Assembly: GCA_963711945.1 (NCBI GenBank)
Contig: CAVQGB010000001.1
Coordinates: 406,865 to 470,864, forward strand
DNA: 64,000 nt
Direction: 5' to 3'
DNA from: an uncultured Verrucomicrobiae bacterium
GTDB lineage: Bacteria; Verrucomicrobiota; Verrucomicrobiia; Limisphaerales; UBA11358
The first letter of the stretch is position 1. Every line of letters starts with the position of its first letter. A program made the position numbers and the translations under genes. Shown here one piece after another: positions 37,685-47,835 of this stretch. The notes beneath the pieces are model-generated. The model was not told the DNA's origin, made no database searches, and saw nothing but the letters and a program-made list of their open reading frames with translations.

Positions 37685-38008
37685 ATGAGCAAGCAAAATG
37701 ACAGATTGAATCCGGTGCATCCGGGCGACGTGTTGCGCGAGGACTTTATGAAGCCGATGAAATTGAGCGCTTACGCGGTTGCCAAAGCCATTGGCGCGAC
37801 GCCCATTGCCATCAGCCAGATTTGCCGGGGCAAGCGCGGTGTCAGCGCGGAAATGGCGTTGAAGCTTGGCCGGCTGTTCAACGTCTCGCCGGAATTGTGG
37901 ATCGGGATTCAGGCGGACTATGACTTGGAAATTGCCCGGCTGCATTGTGAGAAGCGGATTGAGCGCGACGTTCATCCGCTGGCGGAATTGCAACCGGCGG
38001 CGGCGTGA
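37685..38008 (+). CDS. higA: HigA antitoxin (XRE-type HTH)
   Basis: ..HPGDVLREDFMKPMKLSAYAVAKAIGATPIAISQICRGKRGVSAEMALKLGRLFNVSPELW.. Confidence 0.85.
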   Translation: MSKQNDRLNPVHPGDVLREDFMKPMKLSAYAVAKAIGATPIAISQICRGKRGVSAEMALKLGRLFNVSPELWIGIQADYDLEIARLHCEKRIERDVHPLAELQPAAA

Positions 38009-38081
38009 TTCCATTCTCGCCAGCATTTCAGACGCGCCTGATTTTGTTGACGCGCGGCTTGGGGCGATTCCGCGCGAAGGA

Positions 38082-38345
38082 TTAGCTGCCTGCGACCAGT
38101 TCAATCAATTTCAGAATGAGCCAGCCGATTGCGGCAATGATGAAACCGGCAACCCAAAACGCGCGCCGGCTCATGGCCGCGCCGCAATCCGCGCACGCCT
38201 TCATTCGGGACGTTTGCGCCGGGCGCGGGGCGGAAGGTCCGGTGACGTGCGTTTCACGTCCGCAATGCGGGCAGAATTCAGTCCGCTCTAAGCCTTCGGA
38301 TTCAAAATCCTTCCCGCAAAGTTCGCATTTGACAGTGAGGGTCAT
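38082..38345 (-). CDS. zinc-ribbon protein with a C-terminal TM segment, hypothetical
   Basis: CELCGK..CPHCG..CADCG, then a TM segment FWVAGFIIAAIGWLILKLI. Confidence 0.45.
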   Translation of the reverse strand: MTLTVKCELCGKDFESEGLERTEFCPHCGRETHVTGPSAPRPAQTSRMKACADCGAAMSRRAFWVAGFIIAAIGWLILKLIELVAGS

Positions 38346-38417
38346 TTTACGGGGTGCTGATTCATTGCTGTATTACGACAAATCCGGTTGCGGCGCAATT
38401 TTGTTGACGGGCGGCCA

Positions 38418-38675
38418 TCATGGAAGCGATGCAGCGTCTCTTTGCATTTTGTGAACATAGATGTCAGCCGCTTGCCAGTAAAGGTTGAGGGATTTTTTGA
38501 ATGGAACATACTGCCAATTGGTGAAGCCAAATAAAACACCATCGGTTTCAATTTTTACGACAGTTGCATTGCTGAAAAGAGTGCCAGCATTATTTGTAAA
38601 TGTGAGCGTGTTCGTCTGCGCGGATGAAATCAGCGCGGCGAGCATTGATCCAAGCAGGATGATTTTCGTTTTCAT
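38418..38675 (-). CDS. small secreted hypothetical protein
   Basis: MKTKIILLGSMLAALISSAQT. AT-rich. Confidence 0.4.
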   Translation of the reverse strand: MKTKIILLGSMLAALISSAQTNTLTFTNNAGTLFSNATVVKIETDGVLFGFTNWQYVPFKKSLNLYWQAADIYVHKMQRDAASLP

Positions 38676-38829
38676 GGATTGTGGTTCCCTCCTCGTCCGT
38701 GGCGGGCACTTTGCGCGGAAGCAAAGTGCGGCGAGCATTTCCCCTTTCGCGCCGTGGCTTGCGTGAAAAACTTGAATTTGTCTTTCCCGACATTCACGGG
38801 ACGATTAGACGCCCGAACTGCCACCCGTG

Positions 38830-39126
38830 TCAAGGTTGCCGGTGAGGTATGCAGGGAAATTTATCCCCCGCGCTAACATTTGAAACGGCGTCGCGGGGCA
38901 TCCGTTGGTTGTCGGCAACTGAAGGCAGAATTCTTTCGAGGCTGGCAACGGCGCGACACCCGGTCCCGCGCCTTCGTTTCCTGTGGCCTTTTCCCGTCCG
39001 TTTTCTTGCATCACGCGATTTGCCAGCAATTCGGTCATGCCGCCAGCGGGAAACGGTTTTGTTTCCTGTTTGGTTTTCCTTCGTTTCCCGTTTCCACGCC
39101 GGGGGTGTTGAAATGGAAACGAGCAT
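38830..39126 (-). CDS. possible highly basic small protein, hypothetical
   Basis: The ATG at 39126 overlaps the upstream TGA (TGATG coupling). Arg/Lys-rich. No domain recognised. Confidence 0.25.
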   Translation of the reverse strand: MLVSISTPPAWKRETKENQTGNKTVSRWRHDRIAGKSRDARKRTGKGHRKRRRGTGCRAVASLERILPSVADNQRMPRDAVSNVSAGDKFPCIPHRQP

Positions 39127-39938
39127 CACGCCTGCCCGGTCAGGGCATAATCCCGGCCATCTTTTTTCAGCCAGCCGTCCGCCATTGCCCGCTTTGCCAG
39201 CTTGGAAACCTGCCCTTTGGAAATTTTCATTTCGTCGGCAATGTCACTGGCACTGGTCAACCCGGTTTCGATCAATTGCCGGAAAATCTGCGCGGTGGAT
39301 ATTTTCTTCCAGCTCACGCGGGCATGGGTTTCTCCTTTGGGCAAATAGAAATGCCATTCCAGCGGCGGGCAATCGGCTTCCGTCGCGTTGCGGTTTTTGA
39401 CAAACCGCGCCACAAACTTCGCCCCGTTTTGGATCTCGCCTTCGTCTTTGGCTTCCGTCAGTTGGATGATCCAATTGGCCGCGTCTTCCCGGCGCGACGT
39501 GCCACGCATGAAGCCGTTTCGCCCGGCATGGGCGATGATGATGACGGCAATCCGATTCCGCCGCAATTCCAACAGCCACGGCAAAACCAGTTCCCAAGCG
39601 TCCGCGTCATTTTCTTTGATGCCAGTGAACAGGCACGAAAGATTGTCGAGAATCAGGACTTCCAATTTTTTGCGAAGGCAATCTTCCAAAATCGCGGCTT
39701 GCACAACTGGATTGGTGAGATTCAAAACCTTGCCGGTAAGATGAAACAAGGCTTCGTGCTGAAGGTAAAACATCCCGTCCGCTGGCGCGGTGGACAACCC
39801 CGCGTCCCGTTCGCGGATGGAATCCAAATGCAAGGGAACACGCTTTGGCTCTGTCTCACATTGCATCAGGAATTGCAGCGCAGCTTTGTGAAAGAGCGGC
39901 GCGACACTGTAACGGCTGATTTGTTTCTTCTTTTGCAT
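39126..39938 (-). CDS. AAA_25/RepA-like RecA-fold protein lacking a recognisable Walker A; C-terminal winged-helix
   Basis: Walker-B-like LEVLILDNLSCL, IAVIIIAHAGRNG, and C-terminal SASDIADEMKISKGQVSKLAKRA. No GxxGxGK[ST] anywhere in the ORF. Confidence 0.55.
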   Translation of the reverse strand: MQKKKQISRYSVAPLFHKAALQFLMQCETEPKRVPLHLDSIRERDAGLSTAPADGMFYLQHEALFHLTGKVLNLTNPVVQAAILEDCLRKKLEVLILDNLSCLFTGIKENDADAWELVLPWLLELRRNRIAVIIIAHAGRNGFMRGTSRREDAANWIIQLTEAKDEGEIQNGAKFVARFVKNRNATEADCPPLEWHFYLPKGETHARVSWKKISTAQIFRQLIETGLTSASDIADEMKISKGQVSKLAKRAMADGWLKKDGRDYALTGQA

Positions 39939-39948
39939 GGTCTCACTT

Positions 39949-41335
39949 TCAATTCATTTGCAAAACGCGGTTGCGGGCGGCGACGGGTGCAGGCGGCGTC
40001 ACCGTCACGCGCGGCGCGGCTTTGGCTTTGCCTTTACCTTTGGCCGGCGCAATGGCGAACCATTGCATTGCATCTTCCGGCGTCACCAGTTCGCGGTAGT
40101 GCATGAAAATCATGGCGGGCGAGTTGCCGCTTTCGAGTGCCACGCGCGGCACGTCGCCGGTTTCCGCGACGCGGTAGGAAATGAAAGAGTGCCGGAGCGC
40201 GTTTTGTTTCCATTCCACCGGGGCGAGCGCGGCGCGCTTGGTTTTGGCGTCGGCCTGGATTTCCGTCGCGGCGGCGGTGTCGCGCTGCAATTCGTGAAAA
40301 TAGGCGCGGCCATGCGGAAACACTTTGCCGGTTTTCTTGGTGTGCGGGGCGAGCCATTCGCGCAAGTTCGCGGAGATCGGCACAAGGCGGCGGCTGGCGG
40401 TTTTGGTTTTGTCCGCGCCAAGCTCGATATGTCCGCGCGAAAGTTTCACGTCGCGCCAGTCGAGCCGCATGACTTCGGCGGAGCGCAAACCGGCAAAGGC
40501 TTGCAAGGCGATCACCGGCTTGAAGGAGTCCTTCGCGGCGGCGAGCAGCCGGCGCACTTCGGCGGGCGTGAAAATGGAAATCGGTTCGCTGTTGCGGATT
40601 TTGATTCGCTCCGTGCCGGCGACGGGGTTTTCACCTTTGGCGATGTAGCCGCGCGCTTCGGCGAATTTGAAAAGGCCGCTGGCGGCGGCACGGAAATTTT
40701 TCACGGAGCGCGGTGCGGCCTTCATGCCGTCGAGCCACGCTTGCACGTCGGCGGTGGTGACGCGGGCAACGTCCATCTTGAAGGCGTCGGCGACGCGGGC
40801 GAGCCGCCAGCGCAAATCCTCGACGTAGAGCTTGCTCTTGCCCCGCATGGTTTGCAGTTGAATCATTTCGTCGGCGACTTTGCGAACGGAAAGCGCGGCG
40901 CGCTTCAAGGGATGGCGGCGGTTGAAATCTTTCGCGGCCTCGACGATGCGATCACCGCCAAGAATCCGGTAGGCCTTCGCGTAGTTGGCAGCAACAAGTT
41001 CAAGCGGCAAATCAATGCCGCGCAAAATTTCCTTCGTGCGGCCAAAGCTGGCGGCGTCGGCGTTTGTGAGTGTGGCGGCGGCGGTTTGCCCGGTGGAAAT
41101 CAGCTTGGCGAGCCGTTCGGCTTCGGCGGCGGCTTCGGCGAACGTCGAGAAACCGCGCAACGCGCGCCGGCCTTTGTCCGTGCGTGTTGTCCACCACTTG
41201 AAAGATCGTGCGCTTGCCGGGGCGTTTGCCGTGCCGAAAATGTTTGCGGGCGTGTTCGTAAATCTTCGCGGTGACGCTGCCCAAAGTGCCGGTGTGGACC
41301 TTGCCGGAGCTGGTTTCAATCGCGGTGAATTTCAT
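39949..41335 (-). pseudogene. tyrosine recombinase/integrase; one frameshift near 41200
   Basis: N-term MKFTAIETSSGKVHTGTLGSVTAKIY.. is in one frame. The rest, including LRHSFISYRV..SPAMIFMHYRELV (H-x-x-R and catalytic Y), is in another. Confidence 0.85.
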
Positions 41336-41342
41336 GGAATTA

Positions 41343-41361
41343 TGTTGGCAAAGTGTTGGCA
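41343..41361 (+). promoter_or_regulatory. TGTTGGCAA / GTGTTGGCA pair, candidate integrase arm-type site (right end)
   Basis: It matches the pair at 37076-37095 and lies just upstream of the integrase start. Confidence 0.45.
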
Positions 41362-41444
41362 TAATGTCAAGAAGCGTATCGAATCCGCCAGCATGAAACC
41401 GCGCAAACGCTTTGGATATAAGGAATTAAGCATGAAATTAAAAG

Positions 41445-41519
41445 TGGCGACCCTACCGGGAATCGAACCCGGGCTACCACCGTGAAAGGGTGGTGTCCTA
41501 ACCGCTAGACCATAGGGTC
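41445..41519 (-). tRNA. tRNA-Glu (anticodon UUC), CCA encoded
   Basis: The reverse complement is GACCCTATGGTCTAGCGGTTAGGACACCACCCTTTCACGGTGGTAGCCCGGGTTCGATTCCCGGTAGGGTCGCCA. It folds into a cloverleaf with anticodon loop CTTTCAC. Confidence 0.9.
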
Positions 41520-41563
41520 GTTAAAAAGCGCACGCATTGTAGCCGACTAATCCGCGTTGTCAC

Positions 41564-41602
41564 GCAAATTCACAGCAAATTCACATTGTCAGCAAATTTA
41601 CA
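41564..41602 (+). repeat. three direct 11-mers GCAAATT(C/T)ACA
   Basis: Copies at 41564-41574, 41575-41585 and 41592-41602, between the tRNA and the oxidoreductase operon. Confidence 0.8.
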
Positions 41603-41727
41603 CTGTCCCGCTCCTGGCAAATGCAACAATTCCCATTTGACAGCCGGGTAAATTGGGTTAAAGAAAATGGAAAGCATATTCCCAGCCGCCAAGCATCGCG
41701 AGGAAAGCGCTTTGAACGGAGGACAAA

Positions 41728-42201
41728 ATGATTGAAACGATTTCATTCAAGCTCAATGACAAGCCGGTCCAGTTGGACGTGGACAGCGACCGCACGTTGC
41801 TTTGGGTGTTGCGGACCGACCTCGCACTTACCGGCACGAAATTCGGCTGCGGGGCGGGCTTTTGCGGCTGCTGCACGGTGCTCATCAACCAACACGCCTC
41901 GCGGTCGTGCCTGCTGAAAGTCAAGGATGTAGCGGGCAAGGAGGTCGTCACCATCGAGGGGCTGGCGAAGGACGGGAAGCTGCATCCGCTGCAAAAGGCG
42001 TTCATGGAGCACGATGGAATGCAATGCGGCTTTTGCACGCCGGGCATGATTCTCACCGGGGTCAGCCTGCTGAAATTCAACTCGCAGCCTTCGGAAAAGG
42101 AAATCCGCACCGGCCTCGAAAACAATTTCTGCCGCTGCGGCGCGCACGTCCGAATTATCCAAGCCATGCAGCAGGCCGCCACCGAATTGAAAGGAGCGTA
42201 A
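41728..42201 (+). CDS. (2Fe-2S)-binding small subunit of a xanthine-dehydrogenase-family oxidoreductase (IorA/CoxS-like)
   Basis: Motifs GCGAGFCGCCTV and MQCGFCTPGMIL. Confidence 0.85.
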   Translation: MIETISFKLNDKPVQLDVDSDRTLLWVLRTDLALTGTKFGCGAGFCGCCTVLINQHASRSCLLKVKDVAGKEVVTIEGLAKDGKLHPLQKAFMEHDGMQCGFCTPGMILTGVSLLKFNSQPSEKEIRTGLENNFCRCGAHVRIIQAMQQAATELKGA

Positions 42202-42203
42202 TC

Positions 42204-44382
42204 ATGACCACGAACGATTTTCTGGCGGCCAATTTCCGCGACATCCACAGCTTCGAGGATTTTTTCAAGAGCGACCGCCGGGATTTTCTCAAGCGCGTCG
42301 GTGGCGGCATCTTCATTTTCATGGCCGTCAACGACGCGCTCCTCGCCCAGGAGGAAGCGCCACGCCCGCGCGGCGGCGGCCGGGGCGGCTTGCCGTCGGA
42401 TTTCAACGCCTTTCTGCGCATCGGAGAGGACGGCCGGGTGACTTGCTACACTGGGAAGATCGAAATGGGCCAGGGGCCGATCACTTCGCTGCCGCAGGAA
42501 GTGGCCGAGGAACTGGACGCGCCGCTCGACATGGTGGACATCGTGATGGGCGACACCGACCTTTGCCCGTGGGACCAGGGCACCTTCGGCTCGATGACGA
42601 CCCGGATGTTTGGTCCGGCGTTGCGCGCAGCCGCGGCGGAAGCCCGCGGCGTCCTGCTGGAACTCGCCGCCGATCAACTCAAAGTTCCGCAGTCCCAACT
42701 CGTCGCCAAGGACGGAGCGATTTCCGATTCGCAGGATCCAAAAAGCAAAATCAGCTACGGCCAGTTGGCGAGGGGACAAAAAATCGAGCGGCATTTGCAG
42801 TCGAAGGCCGCGTTGAAACAACCGGCGCAATTCAAAATCGTCGGCCAGCCACACACGCGCCACGATGGCGAGGCGAAGGTTACCGGCAAGGCGCATTACG
42901 CGGCGGACATCCGCGTGCCGGGAATGCTCTATGCGAAAATCCTGCGCCCGCCGGCTCACGGGGCGACGTTGAAAAGTGTGGACACCGTCAGCAGGCCAAG
43001 GCGGTTGAAGGCGCGCAAGTGATTCAGGACGGCGATTTGATTGCCGTTCTGCATCAATTCCCGGATGTCGCTGAAACGGCGCTCGGCAAAATCAAGGCCG
43101 AATGGGACACCCCGGCGGCGACTTACGACGACAAAACGGTCTACGACCACTTGCATGAGCGTTGCGCCCGCGCCGCGAAATCTGGCGCGCGGCGGAGATT
43201 TGGACGAGGGCAAAAAGAATTCCGCGAAACAATTCGATTCAACCTATCTCAACGCCTATGTCGCCCATTCGCCCATGGAGCCGCACGCGGCGCTGTGCCA
43301 GATCGAAGGCGACAAGGCGACGGTTTGGGCTTCGACGCAGAATCCGTTCGGCGCGCGCGACTCGATTGCCCGCGCGATTGGATTTCCGGCGGAAAAAGTC
43401 CGCGTCATCACGCCGTTTGTCGGCGGCGGGTTCGGCGGCAAAACAGACAACCAGCAGGCCGTGGAAGCCGCGCGGCTCGCCAAGGCCGCCGGCAAGCCGG
43501 TGCAGGTGATGTGGACGCCGCGAGGAGGAATTTTTCTACGACAATTTCCGTCCGGCTGCCGTCGTGAAAATCGCCTCCGGCGTGGATGCCGCGGGCAAAA
43601 TGTCATTCTGGGATTACGACGTTTATTTCGCCGGTGAACGCGGCGCGGCGCAATTTTACACCGTGCCGAACCATCGCACGGCGTCGCGCGGCGGCGGGTT
43701 TGGCCCATCGAGCGCGCATCCGTTCGCCACCGGCGCGTGGCGCGCGCCCGGCAACAACACCAACACATTCGCCCGCGAATCGCAGATGGAAATCATGGCC
43801 GCCGGCGCGGGCATTGACCCGGTGCAATTCCGCCTGAACAATTTGAGTGACACGCGCATGATCCGCGTGTTGAAGGCCGCCGCCGACAAATTCGGCTGGA
43901 CGCCCGCCAAGGGACCAAGCAAGCGCGGGTTCGGAGTCGCGTGCGGCATTGACGCCGACACCTACGTCGCCGCCATCGCCGAGGTGGCCGTGGACAAGGA
44001 CAAGGGCACGGTGCAGGTGAAGCGCGTGGTTTGCGCGCAGGACATGGGCGTGATCATCAATCCCGAGGGCGCGAAGATTCAATTGGAAGGCTGCGTCACG
44101 ATGGGCCTCGGCTACGCGCTCACCGAGGAAGTGCATTTCAAGGGCGGCCAGGTGCTGGACACGAACTACGACAGCTACGATCTGCCGCGCTTTTCCTGGG
44201 TGCCGCAAATCGAATCCGTGCTGATCGAAAACAACGAAAATCCTTCCGGCGGCGGCGGCGAGCCGGCGATCGTTTTGATGGGCGCGCTGGTGGCCAACGC
44301 GGTCTACGACGCGACCGGCGCGCGGTTGTTCCAACTGCCGATGACGCCGGAACGCGTCAAGGCGGCGCTCCAAAAGGTCTGA
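42204..44382 (+). pseudogene. molybdopterin-binding large subunit (IorB/aldehyde-oxidase-like) with a Tat signal; at least 3-4 frameshifts
   Basis: Tat motif SDRRDFLKRVGGG. The later blocks ..AHSPMEPHAAL..PFVGGGFGGK.. and ..GEPAIVLMGALVANAVYDATG.. are in different frames (42985-43570). Confidence 0.8.
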
Positions 44383-44504
44383 CGGTCTGCCAATTCCAAC
44401 CGCCCAGGCTTTGGTTGGACATTTATTGGCGAAGTTTCGGCGGAAATTGTCAAAGTGTTGACATCATTGTTGACATTATTTGCCGCCACGCTAAAACAAG
44501 CGCC

Positions 44505-45914
44505 ATGATTCCAATCGCCCGTTTTGCCAAACTGGTCGTCTGGGCTTGTCTCCTGTTCGCGATGGCGTCCGGTTTCGGCGCCACCGCTTTTGCCGCCGGC
44601 ACCACACCCGGTCCGGACAGCGTGGCGCAACTGCAGCAGGCCCCCGCCGCCGGCATCATGCCGGTCATCAACAGCGGCGACAATGCCTGGGTGCTCGCCA
44701 GCGCGGCGCTGGTGCTGATGATGACCGCGCCGGGGCTGATTCTTTTTTACGGCGGACTGGTGCGGAGCAAGAACGTCCTCTCCACGATGATGCACAGCCT
44801 GATACTCATGGCGGTGATTTCCACGTTGTGGATGGTGTTCGGCTACAGCATGGCGTTCGGCGAGGGCAACGCGTTCTTCGGCAACCCGTTCAAGCATTTG
44901 TTTCTGCATGGCGTCAGCGCGACAACACCCAATTCGGATTACGCGGGGACGATTCCCGCGCAGTCATTCATGCTCTTTCAAATGATGTTCGCCATCATCA
45001 CTCCGGCGCTGATCAGCGGCGCGATCGCGGAGCGCATCAAGTTCAAGGCGTATCTTGCGTTCATCGTGATGTGGACGGTGGTGGTTTATCTGCCGCTCTG
45101 CCACATGATGTGGGGCAAGGGCGGGCTGTTCAACTGGGCGTCCGGCGGTTGCAGAATTCCCGCGCTGGATTTCGCCGGCGGCACGGTGGTGCATATCAGT
45201 TCCGGCGTGTCGGCGCTGGTCTGCGCGCTGGTTCTGGGCCGGCGCGACGGCTATCCGCATGAGCCAATGATGCCGCACAATGTTGTGTATTCGCTCATCG
45301 GCGCGGGGCTGTTGTGGGTCGGCTGGTTCGGATTCAACGCCGGCAGCGCGTTGAACGCGGGCGGGCTGGCGACGAGCGCGTTTGCCGCCACGCATTTTTC
45401 CGCCGCCGCCGCCGCGTTGAGCTGGGCGGCAACGGAATGGAGATTGAAGGGCAAACCCAGCGTGCTGGGCGCGGCCTCCGGCATGGTCGCGGGGCTGGCG
45501 ACCATCACGCCGGCGTCGGGTTTCGTGAGCGTGCCGGCGGCATTCTGCATCGGGCTGGTTGCGGGCGTTGTTTGCTATCTGGCCGTCACCAAACTCAAAT
45601 ACCGTTTCGGTTACGACGATTCGCTGGACGTGTTCGGCGTGCATGGCGTCGGCAGCACCGTGGGCATGTTGATGCTCGGCTTTCTGGCCAGCCAGTCGGT
45701 GAACGACAATCTCCGCGCGGCGAACATCACCGGCGGCGGGCATCAATTTCTGAATCAACTCATCGCCGTGCTGTTCACCGTCACGCTCGCGGCGGCGGCG
45801 ACGTGGATTCTGTTGAAACTGGTGGACCAGTCCATCGGTCTGCGCGTGGACCAGGAAGACGAAAGCGCCGGATTAGACCTTTCGCAACACGGCGAGCGCG
45901 CCTACAATGAATAA
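44505..45914 (+). CDS. amtB: ammonium transporter
   Basis: Signal peptide, then AWVLASAALVLMMTAPGLILFYGG, DFAGGTVVHISSG and VHGVGSTVGML. Confidence 0.9.
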   Translation: MIPIARFAKLVVWACLLFAMASGFGATAFAAGTTPGPDSVAQLQQAPAAGIMPVINSGDNAWVLASAALVLMMTAPGLILFYGGLVRSKNVLSTMMHSLILMAVISTLWMVFGYSMAFGEGNAFFGNPFKHLFLHGVSATTPNSDYAGTIPAQSFMLFQMMFAIITPALISGAIAERIKFKAYLAFIVMWTVVVYLPLCHMMWGKGGLFNWASGGCRIPALDFAGGTVVHISSGVSALVCALVLGRRDGYPHEPMMPHNVVYSLIGAGLLWVGWFGFNAGSALNAGGLATSAFAATHFSAAAAALSWAATEWRLKGKPSVLGAASGMVAGLATITPASGFVSVPAAFCIGLVAGVVCYLAVTKLKYRFGYDDSLDVFGVHGVGSTVGMLMLGFLASQSVNDNLRAANITGGGHQFLNQLIAVLFTVTLAAAATWILLKLVDQSIGLRVDQEDESAGLDLSQHGERAYNE

Positions 45915-46256
<342 letters not shown>

Positions 46257-46348
46257 TTTGATGGCGCGTCCGCGCCGCTCCCGCCAACCCAAACACGCCC
46301 GGCTTGAATCAAGCGGGCTGCGATTGTATATTATCCTCGTAGATTTTT

Positions 46349-46781
46349 ATGTCTCAACAATTTGGCAATTTTTTCATCAAGAAAGCGCCGCCAACCGGAC
46401 AGCCATGCGGTTCCAAACCGGCCGGTTTGGAGTTGCCCGCAAAGCTGCCGGTGCGCAAGCCGGTTTTCAGCAAGGTTTTCCGCTGGCGGTTGCCGGACGG
46501 TGAAACCCGCGAGCCGGCCACCGTCGAAATCATCGGCACGTTCACAAAATGGCAAAAGGTGCCGCTCGCGCGTAAAAACGCGCACGATGCCTGGCAGGTC
46601 GCGCTGAATGAAATCCCCTCGCACCGCACGCATCACTACATGATTCTCGTGGATGGCAAACCCGTTGCGGATGACGAGAACGACGGCTTACGCCATCCCG
46701 CAGGGACCGCTGGAACGGAAATACCAGATGACGACCGACCACGGCCCGCGCGTGCTCATGCTGTTCGCGCAAACGAAATAA
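46349..46781 (+). pseudogene. small glycogen-binding (CBM48/AMPK-beta-like) domain protein; frameshift near 46690
   Basis: ..VEIIGTFTKWQKVPLARKNAHDAWQVALNEIPSHRTHHYMILVDGKP.. A C-terminal ..GPRVLMLFAQTK is found in the neighbouring frame. Confidence 0.5.
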
Positions 46782-46812
46782 ACCAACCCGCGTCTTGCGG
46801 CGGGAGCCAATC

Positions 46813-47753
46813 ATGATTCTCTGCATCGGCACAACGCCCGCCGCGCAGCGCGTGATGCTCTTCCGCAAACTCACGCCCGACACGGTGAACCGGGCCGCGG
46901 TCACTCTCGATGGCGCCGCAGGCAAGGCCATCAACGTCGCAAAAGTACTCAAGGCGCTGGGCGAACAAGCCGGTGGCAACGGGCTTTCTCGGCGGCGAAC
47001 GCGGCGAATTCCTGCGCGCGGCCATGGCGGACGAGGAAAATCGAATCCGATTTCGTCGTGGTGAACGTGCCGACGCGCCAGTGCATCACGGCAATTGACG
47101 AGGCCGCGGGCACACACACGGAATTGGTCGAAGAAGGCCGCGCCGTCACGGCGGCGGATTTTGAAAAATTCATGGCGGTCATCCAACGGCGCATGCCCGG
47201 CTGCCGCGCAGCGGTGATGTCGGGAACCATCGCGCCTGGCTGCCCGGCGACGCTTTATCACGAGTGCGTTAGGCTGGCGGAAAAGGCCGGCGCGCTATCG
47301 GTCGTGGACGCACAGGGCGCGGCACTCACCGCCGCGCTGGAGGCAAAACCCGGACTCGTGAAACCGAACCGAACCGAACTTGCGGCAACCGTTGGCCGCG
47401 AACTAAAAACCGACTCGGAAGTCTTGCAGGCGATGCGCGAACTGCACGAGCGCGGCGCGCAACGGGTGATTGTCACGACGGGCAAGGAGCCGGCACTGGC
47501 ATTTGACGGGAAAATTTTCCGGCGCATTATTTCGCCGCGAATCAAGGCGGTGAATCCGATAGGTTCCGGCGACGCGTTCACCGCCGGCGTCGTCTGGCGG
47601 CTGTTGCGCGGCGATGATTTGGACGAGGCGTGTCGCTGGGGCGCCGCCGCCGGCGCGGCCAACGCGCTCACGCTCATGCCCGGCGAACTGGACCGCGCGG
47701 ACGTGGACCGGCTCGTGAAGGAGGTTCAAGTGCAGGAAATTTTGAACGGCTGA
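46813..47753 (+). pseudogene. PfkB-family sugar kinase (1-phosphofructokinase/tagatose-6-P kinase-like); 2 frameshifts (near 46970 and 47040)
   Basis: MILCIGTTPAAQRV..GKAINVAKVLKALG / VATGFLGGERGEF / ..LVKPNRTELA..NPIGSGDAFTAG..AAGAANALT. Confidence 0.75.
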
Positions 47754-47835
47754 ATAAATGGCGGTGAAACAGGGCGCGCGGGGAATTTCATCGTGGCAAG
47801 CCGCGTTCATCTGTGGTTAAATTCCACGCGCAAAC

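Larger units (their letters stand above)
36931..41470. mobile_element. tRNA-Glu-associated integrative island (~4.5 kb) bounded by a 26-bp perfect direct repeat
   Basis: tggcgaccctaccgggaatcgaaccc occurs at 36931-36956 and at 41445-41470 (the 3-prime end of the tRNA). The integrase lies next to the tRNA. Confidence 0.8.

Noticed and set aside
41610-41625. A sigma-54-like TGGCA..TGCA upstream of the oxidoreductase operon.
   Set aside because: The spacing between the GG and GC elements is far too short for a -24/-12 promoter.
44440-44500. Duplicated TGTTGACAT boxes upstream of amtB as an NtcA/NtrC-type regulatory site.
   Set aside because: Only a generic -35-like hexamer is duplicated. I cannot support a specific regulator motif or a convincing -10 box by eye.
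44031-44504. The 158-aa N-terminal extension of the amtB ORF (627 aa in the track).
   Set aside because: The extension overlaps the 3-prime end of the Mo-oxidoreductase gene in another frame. A proper signal peptide begins at the ATG at 44505.
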